Shown here piece after piece: positions 45,301 through 64,000 of a stretch of 64,000 nt of DNA. Below the pieces are notes generated by a model. That model did no database searches. It saw only the letters and a program-made list of their open reading frames with translations, and was not told the origin of the DNA. The stretch comes from Balanoglossus misakiensis (taxonomy: Eukaryota; Animalia; Hemichordata), in NCBI GenBank assembly GCA_040954595.2, contig CM082576.2:1164648-1228647 (forward strand), in the 5' to 3' direction. Made by a program: the position numbers and the translations under genes. The number at the start of each line of letters is the position of its first letter. The stretch's first letter is position 1.

Positions 45301-48300
45301 CAATTTTACAGCAAACAATTCCACACACACCGCATGGTATACATGTATGACTACAGAACATGGTCTCCTTTAATAGTAAGCCATTTCAGTCTCCATTGAA
45401 TCTAAAACGTTAAACCCTTCACCATTATCTCGTACTAACAGCTCGATAATGTAAAATGGCTCCCTTTGCTTGAATATCCATTATGCTGTCATTGAACAGT
45501 TATGTAATTTTTGATCACCCAACAATTATTTTGGCAGTTACAGTCAACATTCAAAACTAACAGTTATAACTTGGAAAAAATGTATAAGTTGTTGATGCCC
45601 ACTCAGTGTTTCTGTCCCTGTCTTTAACACTGGAAAATCTGTTGTGTTTCACATGGTACAATTTGTTTCCTTGCTTTTGCTACAAGGAATCATCTGACGA
45701 AGAAGATGAGGTACGTCTTAAAATTAGATACAAGGTTATTACCCCCAAATGTAGTAGCCCTGTGTGCTCTGCATTCTTCACTTAATTCACCCCCAATTCC
45801 CTCTTAAGAACTCCAACCTATCATAGAATACAATGGATGTGGACTGAACCATGGCAGTGAGAGGGTTAAACGTGCACCTCAAAATGCAAAGAAATCCTGA
45901 ACTCCAGAAATAAATCTTTCCCTTATAACACCCCCCCCCCCCAAAAAAAAAAAAAAACTAAACTGATTAGGGGTGACTTCGCAGAAGCGTATGGCTACAA
46001 GGAATTCAAAGTGGCTAGCATCTTTAACTTTGTATGATCTACATACATGTATATGTATGTGGTAACATTTATAATTGTCTTTAAAACAGGATAGTAAATG
46101 CCTGCCTTTCTTTTATGTCAAAAAGTGATTCTATATGATTTGAAATAGTAACAAATGTAAAGGTGGTCTTACTTCTTTCTGAAAACGATCCTCAAAGTGT
46201 TGTTTACAATGTACCTTGAATGTAAACAAATATCACAACTTTGACAGTACAACTAAGTATCTAAGTCAGAAAGAATTTGCCCTCCTTTTCAGACCAAAAG
46301 TTTCCTTTAAATGCATTAACCTTTTGGCATCAAACAATACATCATTGTTGGCCATCATAACCATGATCACATAAACTGTGACACCAGGGTCAATCTTCCC
46401 TTTTTTGCATCTCAGATGTTGGTTACCCAGTTGGTGTCTTGGACACACATCCTCTGTCATATTCACTGATCACCATTGAGCAATAAATACACAACACCCC
46501 TACCCCCTTGTGAACATTAATGTAGTTTCACCCGGTAATTATCCAGAATTTCACATGTATATCACGAAACTGGAATAAATACTAATGGACTTTTCCTGGG
46601 TGTCTTATATCAAAAAGATTTTGTTCATATCTCAGAACAACTCGCATCCTCATGAAGCTCTGTACACAAGGCACCCTCAGTGGTCTAGCCAAGTAAGATG
46701 CATCTAAGCATATGTGCAGTCAGAACAATAAAGGCAGTTGTACAGTCAGTAAGCGGATGTAGCAGATAGTCTGGATAGATTGTCACTAAAAAGCAGTCTT
46801 TACAAGACAGAGGTGATCTCTTGAATTCTTTGCAGCTGTATTTACCATATTGAACTTGTACATCTGGTTTAAATGATTTTGAAAGGAATAATTCAGTGTC
46901 TAATCAATCGGATGATATGTTAGAGGCATTGTAAATTATAAAAACCTAAATACCATAGCTGTTAGGTGTATTACAGTTTAGAAGGAGACTATTGTGGGGT
47001 AGTGTTTACTGATACACGAGATTTCTTGTCAAAGCAATTGAAAAGTCTAGACTGGACCCAAGGGTGGTCCCAAAGATTGAACTCTCGTTTAATATATGAA
47101 TGTCTTAAAATTCAACCCTGGGAATACATGTATGCTTAAAGATTTGTTTTCAGGATGGCTTTGTGAAGCCCCTGGATCTTGACAAAATACCATGTTTAAT
47201 GAAGTCCTCAAATTACAGCCTCTGTCCTATGAAATGAAAGTGCTGAGATTTAAGTTACATTGAAATAATTGCCTCACAAATATAAATTTCATGTATCATT
47301 TCAGTGATGTTGTTGTTTTTCATCTTGTTATTCCAGTCAAGCTCATGGAAAAAGATCCGGAACATGGTTCATTGGTCTCCATTTGTGCAGTCCTTCAAGA
47401 AAAAATATCCCTGGGTACAATTGGCTGGACACCAAGGTTTGTAAGATCTTGTTTCAAATGCTGTTATTTTGAGGTCAAGTAAGGTTTGATGTGGGCCGCT
47501 GCTGTACATTTTTGTCAAGAATCATGTTGGATTTTTATGAAAAAAATAGAATGGATGTCTTCGTTGTGAGCAGTGTGAAGAATACATACATTTATCAAGT
47601 CAGGAATTGGAACAATATATCACATTACAACCATTTCCACACATGATCCAAAAAAAGGCAAATAATGTGTAACACATTGAAAGAGTGTGAAGGACAATCT
47701 GTAGCTTGGATCAGCTTACACAACTTGATGACAAATAAAGATTGGTTGTACTAAATTTGTCCTAGGTCGTGAGGCTTGTCTTGTATTTCAGTAACAAACA
47801 ACAAATTTCATAACAGTGCTTTTTACTGATTAATTTCTAGTTGATTCATTAATCTTACTATGAACCAGCCGAAATAAATCTCTTGTTATCAGCAGGTTTA
47901 TCGGTGTGTTATTTTTTCTAATGTTTGTCTTTACACACCACAAAACGATGTATCTGTTCTTGAAGTCACCAGTCTGTCTTGTCTCATTCAGGAAACTTTA
48001 AAGCTGGTGACTGCGGGACCATCTTGAAGAAATTCTGCCCTAAAGAACACAAATGTCTGAAATCACTGATGAAGGATATCTTGAGACCGTATATACCAGA
48101 GTACAAAGGGGAGGTAGAGAAGAATGGCGAGAGTATCCTTTGGGTTTTGATGCAGAGAATAATTTGCCAATTTTTCAGTGTGAAGTATTAATGAGACATT
48201 TTCCATTCAGTGTACTGATAATATATTTACTATGTTATTGTCTTTATGTTTTACTGTGAAAGATGGTCACCCACGACTCACCCACGCCTATTCTGGTGAT

Positions 48301-51300
48301 GCTGAGAGAGAGAATAACAGAATAGAAAAAAAATATTTGTTTTTAGGAGATAATGAACTATGATCATTCTTGAGATTTTCCTTTATTGCAACATAACAGG
48401 ATATGTTCAAATGCAAGATTTACTTCAAGACTTTGATGCACCTTCTGTTATGGACTGTAAAATTGGCACAAGGTAGGTGTAATAGGTATTGTTTTTCTGA
48501 GAGAGGTTGTAAAATGAGTGAGACTATTTTTGAACTTGTACCAGGAGTTGAAGACTGTCTTGAAAAATCCTGAGAGTGAGGATTAGAAATGTGATAATAA
48601 TTCACAGAGATCTAGTATTGCTTGTCATAGAAAATTTGTGAGATAATCACTTGAAAACTGGCATGTCTCTGTGCCCAGTGAAGCGCTGAAAGAGAAGTGT
48701 GTGTAGTGTTGTGCATTAGTGCTAATAATAGAAATCTTTGTGAGTGTCACCACTGCCCAGATGGATATATTGGGCCTCCTACATACACTTTACATGCATG
48801 ACATCTCAAGATAAAAAAGGCTTGATATTTGCCTAAATCATTTGCCTAAACCAATCAAAATGCTTCAATTTCTTCAGACCAGTTGCCCTAGTTTGTCAAC
48901 AAGGGATTCGGCAAATTCAAAATAATATGGGTATGTTGATTTAAAGCTCCTATGTTGTTTTGTTTTTCATTCAAGGACATATTTAGAAGAAGAACTCACT
49001 AAAGCGAGAGAGAAACCCAAGCTTCGAAAGGTAAGTGGTTTCACAAAATGTACACTTCAGTAAGATGATATCTAGTACTTGTAACATGTGATATGACAAA
49101 TGTGTCAAATTGCTCTTGAGTCAAGTATTGTACCACCACTTTGCAAAAATGTATCGTTTATGAAAATTTCCCATTTTACAGTATTTGCTGTCAAGATACG
49201 CAAACAGCTTACCTAATCGCTTCTGCAAATCTAGGTATACTTTGTTTTCAAATGCTTTGAAGTTGCTTCAAATATTCCCTGCTAATAGTACCAGGTTTTC
49301 AAAAAACAACTCAGCTATTATTGTATTATAATGAATAGGATTAATATTGCACCTAATCTTGTAAGGAGCTCTGGGCGCATGACAACAATTTCTTGCCTTT
49401 GTTGATGCCTACAGTATGATTAGTGTTGTTCACATACATGAAATCCATAGAGGACCTAATCATGGCTGTAATAACCATCTGTGGGACTGGGAGTTCGAGT
49501 TGGTCTGCATGCACGCTTATAGATTTAAACTCAGTTCCTGACGCATGGCCTGCACGACATCCAAAATCAACAGGGAGACCAGGGCTAGACACAAAACATC
49601 TACACTTTATTTTGAATTTCAGTCTACGTTAAAAAACAAACAAGCTAGTATGTATGTTAAGTTGGTGATTAGGAAAAAGCTATTCTGTATCAGTGTCACA
49701 GAAGCAGTGACTGTACTTACAGCGTATGAAAGGATGCATTTGTTTTAACAATTTGTTTTTTGTCTGCTTACAGGACATGTATCAAAAGATGATCGATATT
49801 GATCCCAATGAACCGACAGCAGAAGAACATGAATTGGGTGCTATAACCAAACCAAGATACATGCAGTGGAGAGAACATGTCAGTTCATCTGCTAGCCTTG
49901 GATTTAGAATTGAAGGAATCAAGGTACTTTGACATGTTATCTATTTAGGGGGGAGGGGGGATAGAGGTTTGAAACGGGTCAGAGGATGGTGTTGTTGCAG
50001 AGTGCTGAGGGGGAGGGAGGGTGGACACGAGTTGGAAAGGAGGAATAATCAGCTTGATAGAACATCTTTGTAGAAGTTAAAGGCTGTTTAAGAATGAAAC
50101 GTCACCAGGAAACTTTCAGCCAAAGGGAGAATATGAGGAGAATATTGCCAAGTTCTCAGAAACTTCTTGGCAGATGACATTTGTAATTGATTCGTAGAAA
50201 TCATTTGACGCAGTCAGCTCTGCGTATTTTTAGCATAGAGTGATTTGAATTAAGTGAGTGTGAAATCCGTTCAGAACATCTGCTTTGAGGATGTGCCTTC
50301 AAGGCAAATTTCATTTCTTTATGTTAATAGCATATACATCTGCTATCAAGTATGAAATCCGTGACCAGATAAATTCTTGGACTCAACTGTGGGAACCTTA
50401 AAATTGTATGCAAACTCACAAAAGTCAAAATGTTGGATGAATTCTAAAAGGAAATGCATCCGACTGGCCTTGGTTGAATCCTCTAACATCTCCAAAGCAT
50501 GTGAGAGAACCAACAGGAAGAGACTTTTACACACATAAGATATTTGTCATTGCTGGTCACTTTAGAAAATGTTCGAAACAACCATTGATGAAACCAAGAT
50601 CTGTAAATTTAATTTTAATATGGATATAATACCACAGATTTTTGTAATGTTATATGTTAACATTACTAGATGCTTGTTGTAATTGTCTTCACATCTGTCA
50701 ATTAAGATCTTCTGGGCATTAATCATTTCAAATAGTTGTTGCATTTGAAATTTTTTATAAAGACTTCATTTTTTGTAACTGCTCCCTCATCAAAACATTC
50801 TCACACGTCAGTAACGTCTCTTGAGAAACCTGTTTTTCCTTGGTTCATTAGTAGGCCACAAGAGACATGACGTTTTCAAGTAGTTTGACGTAAATATATT
50901 CCCCACTGATTTTGCATAATTTGGCATAATTTAACTGGTACAAAACACCAGTTATTGAATTAAGCAATAAAACACCCCCAGCCATGGTATAACACGAGAT
51001 TTTGACCAGTTCACGACATATACGCACGAGCGATAGCGAGTGCGTATATGGAGTTGAACTGGTCAAAATCGAGTGGTATACCATGGCTGGGGGTGTTTTA
51101 TTGCTATTATATTATGCCAGTATATTGAAACTTTGCATAAAACATTTCAAAAAGGCATTTTCTTTGACTATGATATATGACTGTGGTATATGGCTAATAT
51201 ATCACGGTCACGTGTCGTGTCTCGACCAATCAAATAGCGTGATTTACACCATCAATATACTGGTATAATATAATGTACCATATTACATTTTCATTCAAAC

Positions 51301-52299
51301 ATATTAAATCCTAGTGATTGAACCTTCTGGGTCATCTGAATGTATGGTACTATTATCACGAGATGGTTGAAAATGCTGTTTGTTGTTTACAGTACTCAGA
51401 GACTTCTGACACTGCTAAGTCTGTATATTTAAAATCATGCAATAGCGAAGTCAAGCTGTCTGACTAGAACTAAACAAAGCTAACAATCCGTCTGTCTTTT
51501 TCTGGTTCCAGAAGGGCGATGGACATTCAAGCAGAGACTACAAAACGATCAAGTCAAAAGCACAAATCATGGAGTGCTTCAATTTCTTCTCAGAGGGTGA
51601 TAAAATTGTGTGTGCCAAATACCTTAGAAGACTTCGAGCTGTCAGAGCAACTCTTGAAGCTTCACCGTTCTTTAACACACATGAGGTAGGGAGCAACTGA
51701 ATAGATTTGTTACCATAGAGACACCCTGCTGGTACCCCTGAATACTTTCAAGTAAACAATTATATGTTGTCTGTTCAATCAAACATACAATTTTGATCAT
51801 TTCCATTATAAGTAACAAAAAAGTGAACTTTTGGTTGAGACTCTATAACCCTCCATGATCACATGTTTGAAATTACCTGTATTTTAATGTATATTTATAA
51901 CCAGTGGCTGTTGATGTCTTATCAGCAAGTCATTAAATTTAGATTTATAATTCTATTTTATTGTACTAGCCACAAAAACATGTAGCACATACTCAAGGGT
52001 TGAAATTTATGACTAGTGATCTGTAGTATTCACTTACATACATGAGAATATACATTTAAGAAAAGGATTCATTTTTTGGTGTTCTTTTTTTGCAGGTGAT
52101 TGGCAGTTCTTTACTTTTTGTGCACGACAAAAATGGTAAAGCCAGCATATGGATGATTGACTTTGGAAAAACAGTTGCATTATCAGAGGGACAGACAAAT
52201 GATCACAGAACACCATGGGTGGAAGGAAATCGTGAAGATGGTTACTTATTTGGATTGGACAGTCTTATAGATATGTGGTCCAGTATGTGCAAGTCATAA
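12330..52299 (+). CDS. ITPKB: Inositol-trisphosphate 3-kinase (ITPKA/B/C family, long B-like isoform), about 994 aa
   Basis: Exons: 12330-14417 (Ser/Pro-rich N-terminus, phase-0 GTAAGT donor), 47337-47436 ([32 protein letters not shown]), 47992-48132, 48400-48472 (QDLL...[11 protein letters not shown], the PxxxDxKxG motif), 48976-49030, 49774-49923, 51512-51685, 52096-52299 ([24 protein letters not shown]). The start codon could alternatively be at 12411. Linking exon 1 to the kinase exons is inferred from phase and from motifs recalled from vertebrate ITPKB. The gene is probably co-orthologous to ITPKA/B/C. Confidence 0.88.
24466..24500. repeat. (ACTG)n tetranucleotide microsatellite, about 8-9 units, one variant unit
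   Basis: ACTGACTGACTG...ACCGACTGACT read directly. Confidence 0.85.
33234..33434 (+). CDS. Candidate alternative first coding exon of the ITPK gene (67 aa)
   Basis: ACCATG start; [67 protein letters not shown]; ends at a phase-0 GTAATG donor compatible with the acceptor at 47337. ATTGG (32848) and TATAAA (32864) lie upstream. Confidence 0.6.
40551..40627. repeat. Imperfect inverted repeat, probably part of a non-autonomous DNA transposon
   Basis: GACTGGAAAATCCAGTGTTTGGGGGCGCT ... AGCGCCCTCAAACAACGGATTTTCCAGTC: 29-bp arms with about 3 mismatches. Confidence 0.75.
43288..43440 (+). CDS. Candidate alternative first coding exon of the ITPK gene (51 aa)
   Basis: [51 protein letters not shown] ends at a strong phase-0 donor CAG/GTATGT. 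It is preceded by a CpG-containing promoter-like region (about 43030-43230). Confidence 0.6.
45687..45710 (+). CDS. Candidate 24-nt symmetric microexon (ESSDEEDE) of the ITPK gene
   Basis: Pyrimidine tract TTTGTTTCCTTGCTTTTGCTACAAG, then GAATCATCTGACGAAGAAGATGAG, then donor GTACGT. Phase 0-0 and purine-rich. Confidence 0.6.
45782..45869. mobile_element. Short TTAA-flanked piggyBac-like MITE, degenerate copy
   Basis: Shares TCCAACC-TA-CATAGAA-ACAATGGAT-TGGACTGAACCATGG-GTGA-AGGGTTAA with 60382-60474 and is bounded by TTAA on both sides. Confidence 0.6.
48133..48399 (+). other. U12-type (minor spliceosome) GT-AG intron in the ITPK kinase domain
   Basis: 5' splice site GTATCCTTT. Branch-point-like TTTTCCTTTAT at 48376-48386, with its A 14 nt from the 3' end. 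No polypyrimidine tract before the AG. Splicing restores [13 protein letters not shown] in frame. Confidence 0.9.
50963..51274. mobile_element. Palindromic non-autonomous element: 143-bp hairpin plus an adjacent 23-bp inverted-repeat pair
   Basis: Hairpin 50963-51105 (AGCAATAAAACACCCCCAGCCATGGTATA...TATACCATGGCTGGGGGTGTTTTATTGCT). Second pair 51106-51128 / 51252-51274 with one mismatch. The mobile-element call is an inference; true ends are uncertain. Confidence 0.65.
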
Positions 52300-52448
52300 C
52301 ATCAACAGTCTCATAGATATGTGGTTGAGTATGTTGCACATGGTAACAGTCTTATACATGGTCCAGTACATGCAGTAACGTTGACATGCGATCCAGTGTA
52401 TACCAGTCATAGAAGTGGGCATGGGGTACTCACAGTCCCATAGACATG
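52259..52448 (+). repeat. Degenerate tandem duplication of the last ITPK codons into the 3' UTR
   Basis: ACAGTCTTATAGATATGTGGTCCAGTATGTGCA at 52259 recurs imperfectly at 52305, 52346 and partially at 52432. Confidence 0.7.
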
Positions 52449-55400
52449 ATGTAGACAGTATATATCCAAGAGGGACATGCAACAGTATATATCATGTCAT
52501 TTATAACTGAATATCGCATGACTGTATGTCAGGCATTTCAACCACAGAATCCAAACTTCACATGAAACTTTGAAATGCTAATGGAAAGGTGCCACATAGG
52601 AAGTAGAAGAAATTTGAGTTATTATAGATAAACTATGCAGAACTTGGCATCTGATGAATTTAAAGAAGTCAGGAGTGGAAATCTAAGCAAAAAGGACTGA
52701 TCCAGTATTTCAAAAAACAATTTACAAAAAATCATGTTTTATTTGATGGTTTTGATGCTGTTACTCAGTAATATACAATATATTTAATGGACATTGAAGT
52801 GGCTAGTCAGTTTGCTTTAATAGTTAAATGTTTGTTCAGTTGTAGTCCAAGGGTCAACATAAAATAACATTTTATTTCATTGCCATTTATTGCTATAATG
52901 TCAGCACAATCTTATTCCATCATGTCAATCAACTATGATTTAGCTCAAGTCTGTTATTACTTTTGTAGAGCTATAAATTTTCCAAGTTTTCTTTCAGGAA
53001 ATATCTTTTGTCTTTGTCTCAGTGCCACAACCAAACATAAACAGAATATTTATTCATCACATCACTTTATGGCTGAAAATCTTGAAAATTCTTTTGGAAC
53101 CACAGTAGGAGTGTCACTGTATGCATATATAATAACCAGCGTACTCACCAAAGTTGATCAAGGAACCTGATGTGTTTATTTCAGCATCTATACCACTAAC
53201 AGTATCCCCCAACAAACTTAAAAAGTGTGAATGTGTTGATTTTTCCCAAGTGAGTAATAATTAAATTTATCCTGCCTTTACTTTTGGAATCATTGTGGAC
53301 ATGCGCATAGACAATATCTCAAAACAGACACTTCTGGTTGAAAAACAAAATGTACAGTGTGGTTAAAAACACTCATCAAAACCCACAACTTCCCTTTTGG
53401 AGACAACACAACTTTGAAGAGCAAAGTCCTCACCACTTTTATGAGATGAAACTAGCCACTTCCATAACATCTTAAAGATTTAGCTGACTCTGAAAAGTTT
53501 GTAAAGAACTTTCATGACCATTTGGAACATAGAATAAGAAGTCCATGAAAAATTTATTTTAACCTATCATCATAACCATATCAGATATTTAACAATGAAT
53601 TTTGGTCCATTCCAGTTACTTTTTATTGATTATAATTTTAACATTTATTCAATCACAGTACGTGTAATTATGCTGAATATATCAATTTTTATTGACAATT
53701 TTATGGAAAAGAAATAAGACACCTGGGCATTTTTAATTTTCTTTTACAAATGAAAAAATGTAAATCTCTGTCGATTTGGACGAGATCATGGTGGTGAATG
53801 GGTTCATGCAGTCATTCTTGATTTGAATAGATTAGGATGTATGGAGTTGAAGAGCCCATTTAGGAATGGAAGACATCACATTTGCTGTGTTCTTTTTTTA
53901 TTTCACGTTCAATTTGTAATCTTGACAAAGGCCTTCATACAACCAGATGAAGTTACTGTCCACTCCTGTCTATACTCACTAATACAGTGCCCTTAAGAAC
54001 CACAGTGCCATTAGAAATAGTTTGGATACATGTTGATTTTGATATTTTTGTCAGTCATTGGCATTCCCTTTATAACAGAAAAATTCCTTTTTTTATCTGA
54101 GAAGACTCAGTCAAGTGCAATATTTCCTGTTCTTACCTCAAAACATGCCACAAAACAGGAGTGGTTATCTCACTCAATTAATTTTGATTTCTCATATAAT
54201 TTGTTTCCAAAAATAGGCGCACGGCTGATATTACATGAATGAATTGATTTTGTAACAATTACGTCTTATTTTGGCAAAGAGGGTTTTTTCTTTTCCATCA
54301 GACATTGAATTGTTAATATTTCAGAGGTTGATATCAAGAACTTAAATTGAGGATGTTGGATTACTTTCATTTGTTCAAATCAGTTTTTAGTTTGAACACT
54401 TACCTGGTTTTATTCTCAGAATAGTATACTGTCATTCAGAAAACAGATATGTAGGTTTCTTTGTGTCATTGTGCACTTCAAGTGTTTTGCCCGATTGCAA
54501 ATCATATTTAAGATTAGATCTCATACCGAACAATTAGAATGATGGATGCAAAATAAGCAATAATCTATTTTGCCTGTACATCATTATAGATTTATCTCAA
54601 TTTCAATCGCTACGGTTACCCATTTTGTAAAGGCTTATCTCTTGTAAAAACAAATACCACTTGTGGAAGATTTGAGCCGAAGATTCTACAAGTCTTTCTC
54701 CTTCATTGACCTTGCACTTGAAAGTGTGACATATTTCAATAGAGTGGATTGCTTGTAGTCATTTCTATTGATTGATCCAATTGTAAAACCAAACTACAGT
54801 GGCAATGATGGTGAGGCTTGAATAGTTTATCTGTCAATCTTGAATGCTTTCAAATATTCACCTTTAAATTTGTGTGCATTTTCTCTCTCTTTTTGACCAT
54901 TGCCAGTGATTTGAGAGCATTTAGAATGCCTCAAATGCCTTAGATTTTAAAATGTTGGTTATTTTTAGCCCAGTTTTAATTTACAAATGGGAGGAAGGCC
55001 GTGTTGGCTGATATAGGCATAGTAGTGGTAGTATTAGTGGTGGTGGTTCATTCATATGTGATGGGTGGTATTTATTTATTTTTCTTTTGTTTAGGATGTA
55101 TTATGAAAAGCTTTTTACAAAATGTTTGCAAAGGTGATGGTGCTGCTTTGAGTATGTGAACATGAACCAAATCTTTCACAGGAAAGTTTTGTTTATAAAA
55201 AAAATAAGTTCTGTATACATATCAAGAATGAATAACAACACATCCAGGCAACAAACAAATCTATTCAAGTCTATTGAATCTGTTTTTCTTTAAATACACC
55301 CAAAAGTTTAAAGAAAAAAATAATTTCAAAAGAAAATAGCTATATAGATTTAGTGATTTAATAAGTTTTTAAGAATGTCATGACTGTGCAGTCATGCATG

Positions 55401-55481
55401 ATACAATAGGAATTCTCATTTTGTCAGCCATTCTGAGTTTGATTTATTTTGAATGAACAGAAAATGATCTGTTATTATCCC

Positions 55482-55487
55482 AATAAA
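55482..55487 (+). terminator. Candidate ITPK polyadenylation signal (implies a 3' UTR of about 3.2 kb)
   Basis: AATAAA with downstream GT/T-rich sequence (TTGTCATTTGTTGTTCTT), located before the CCDC85 promoter region. Confidence 0.4.
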
Positions 55488-56199
55488 AGAAGCAATTTGT
55501 CATTTTTTGCACCAAAGTGTCAGCAGTGAGAGTTGCATTGTCATTTGTTGTTCTTGATGATTTGCTTTGATGTAACTTTCACTCCTTTTTCTTGGATGAG
55601 TTTCAAGATCCAAGACTGATCACTCAACAGATAACACATCCTCCCTCAAGAGGCAGCTTTTCATGATGTTTAATAGTTTTTATCCAACATTTTGTAATCC
55701 TTAAGGTCTTGGCTTTGTATTTTTATTCCCAGGATTTCCATATAACAGTTCCATAACAACTTGTACAAACCCTCATTACAATCTGAGTAATAAACTTCAT
55801 ATCTACATTAACTAAATATGTGGTTGTGTTGTTTGACATAGTACGTATCACTTGCAAATATGGAAAGCAATGACTGGATGTACCAGAGAGTGTCAAACCT
55901 GGCAAGGAGAGGTATGATGTGCTGTAAGTAATACTTCAGAGATGGGAAGACAGTCTTGAAACAGGTCCGGCCATAACAATGGATTTAACATATGTGTCAG
56001 TTGATGTCATTAGCAAGAGTCCAAACATGTCCTGCTGCAAAATCTTACAGTTTCAATGTTTTTCTACAATTTTTGGCAATTTCTTATCCCCCAAAATTTT
56101 AATTTAGTTTTTTTTCTACTTCATGTATAGATCAAGGAATTATAGTCAATACAAAAAACAATACAGCAGCCAGCATCGATAATGTGTACTGTTTAGAAG

Positions 56200-62974
<6,775 letters not shown>

Positions 62975-64000
62975 ATGAAGATCTTCAAAAGAAGAGAATA
63001 AAAGATAACCTGTGACATACAAACTTATTAAGATTAAGATTAATATAGGAGTATATTGACTATATTTTTGTAAGTCATGTCTTCGTTGCATCCTGCACTG
63101 TTGTTTTAGTCGCAGTAATGGCTGCAGCGACTGCATTTGTGATCAGACAGGGTCAGCAGTCACTTGGGTGGGGGTTTAAAAATGATACATGGCTGACTTT
63201 TTTATAAAGTCGAAATTGCAGAAACCATTGCCAAAGCGTATTCAGTACATTTTCAGCCAACAAAATATTTCCAGTAAGTCAATGCATACAAAGAGCTTTA
63301 CAAGATCACAGGGTTGAGATACAATCCCAATGTTGACATCTTGAAGTCTCAGGAAATGATGTGATTTGGAAACTCAACTGTGATTTTTACTGTGTGCTAA
63401 AATTGGCAGTAATTTGAATAGTGGGTATAAAGTAAATTTTATTGTGAAACATGATCTATGTACATTGTAGGCTATGTGACTGTATAGATGTTCAAACAGA
63501 TCTATTTTCACCCCAAGTAAGATGTATTATTGTTGTTGTTGTTCATTATTCAATGTAATAATGAACATTGTCAAGACAGAGTGGATGATAGATCCAATTC
63601 ATGTAGACAACTCTGATTGTGCTTTTAAAGCTGGTCTGTCTTATTTAGGGCAATTGTTATGGTCTCTTTACTGCTCTGTATATGCATGTAACATTTGAGT
63701 GTGTGTGGGGTGCGTGTATGTGTGTGTTGAGAGACAAGAATACTAGGAAGTCCACTGTTGACTCTTCCGTGCTAATGTGAATGTGATTGTATCTAGACTT
63801 ACTTGAGATGTATAGCAGAAGACCAACAAACAACATTTCTTGGTCTTTAGCATCAATTTTGGCTGTCAAATTACCTCACCTCACTTTTTCACTGCCAAAC
63901 TTTTTTATTCTTATTTATTTATTCACAAAACTTTGTTTTTGCCACAAAACTTGTACTTTCTAGGCAATGTGAAATGACAGAAACATTATAGGATTACGAC

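Noticed and set aside
49947-50042. G-rich tract after an ITPK donor (similar tract at about 29918-29960), possible G-quadruplex
   Set aside because: Low-complexity G runs are common, and nothing here indicates function.
52300-52443. Open frame of 47 codons after the ITPK TAA (possible readthrough)
   Set aside because: TAA is a poor readthrough codon, and the open frame coincides with the local tandem duplication.

Overview
This is AT-rich, intron-dense animal genomic DNA. Gene set and intron positions suggest an invertebrate bilaterian, possibly a deuterostome (inference). Four spliced genes can be reconstructed exon by exon. (1) The 5' part of ERCC2/XPD on the minus strand, 12 exons, running off the left edge. 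(2) PEX6, complete, 18 exons, about 1127 aa, head-to-head with ERCC2 across a 400-bp gap. (3) An inositol-trisphosphate 3-kinase gene (ITPKB-like) spanning 40 kb. Its 33-kb first intron holds two candidate alternative first coding exons and a 24-nt microexon, and a U12-type intron interrupts the kinase domain. (4) CCDC85, complete, 6 exons, about 386 aa. Most short ORFs in the supplied track are noise or exon fragments. I found no prokaryotic system, CRISPR array, rRNA or tRNA. The most unusual non-genic signals are about 40 copies of TACATGTA (possible Tc1/mariner excision scars), a palindromic element whose mismatches are all G.A, and a fold-back microsatellite whose mismatches are all G.T on one strand. 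All coordinates and counts were read by eye.
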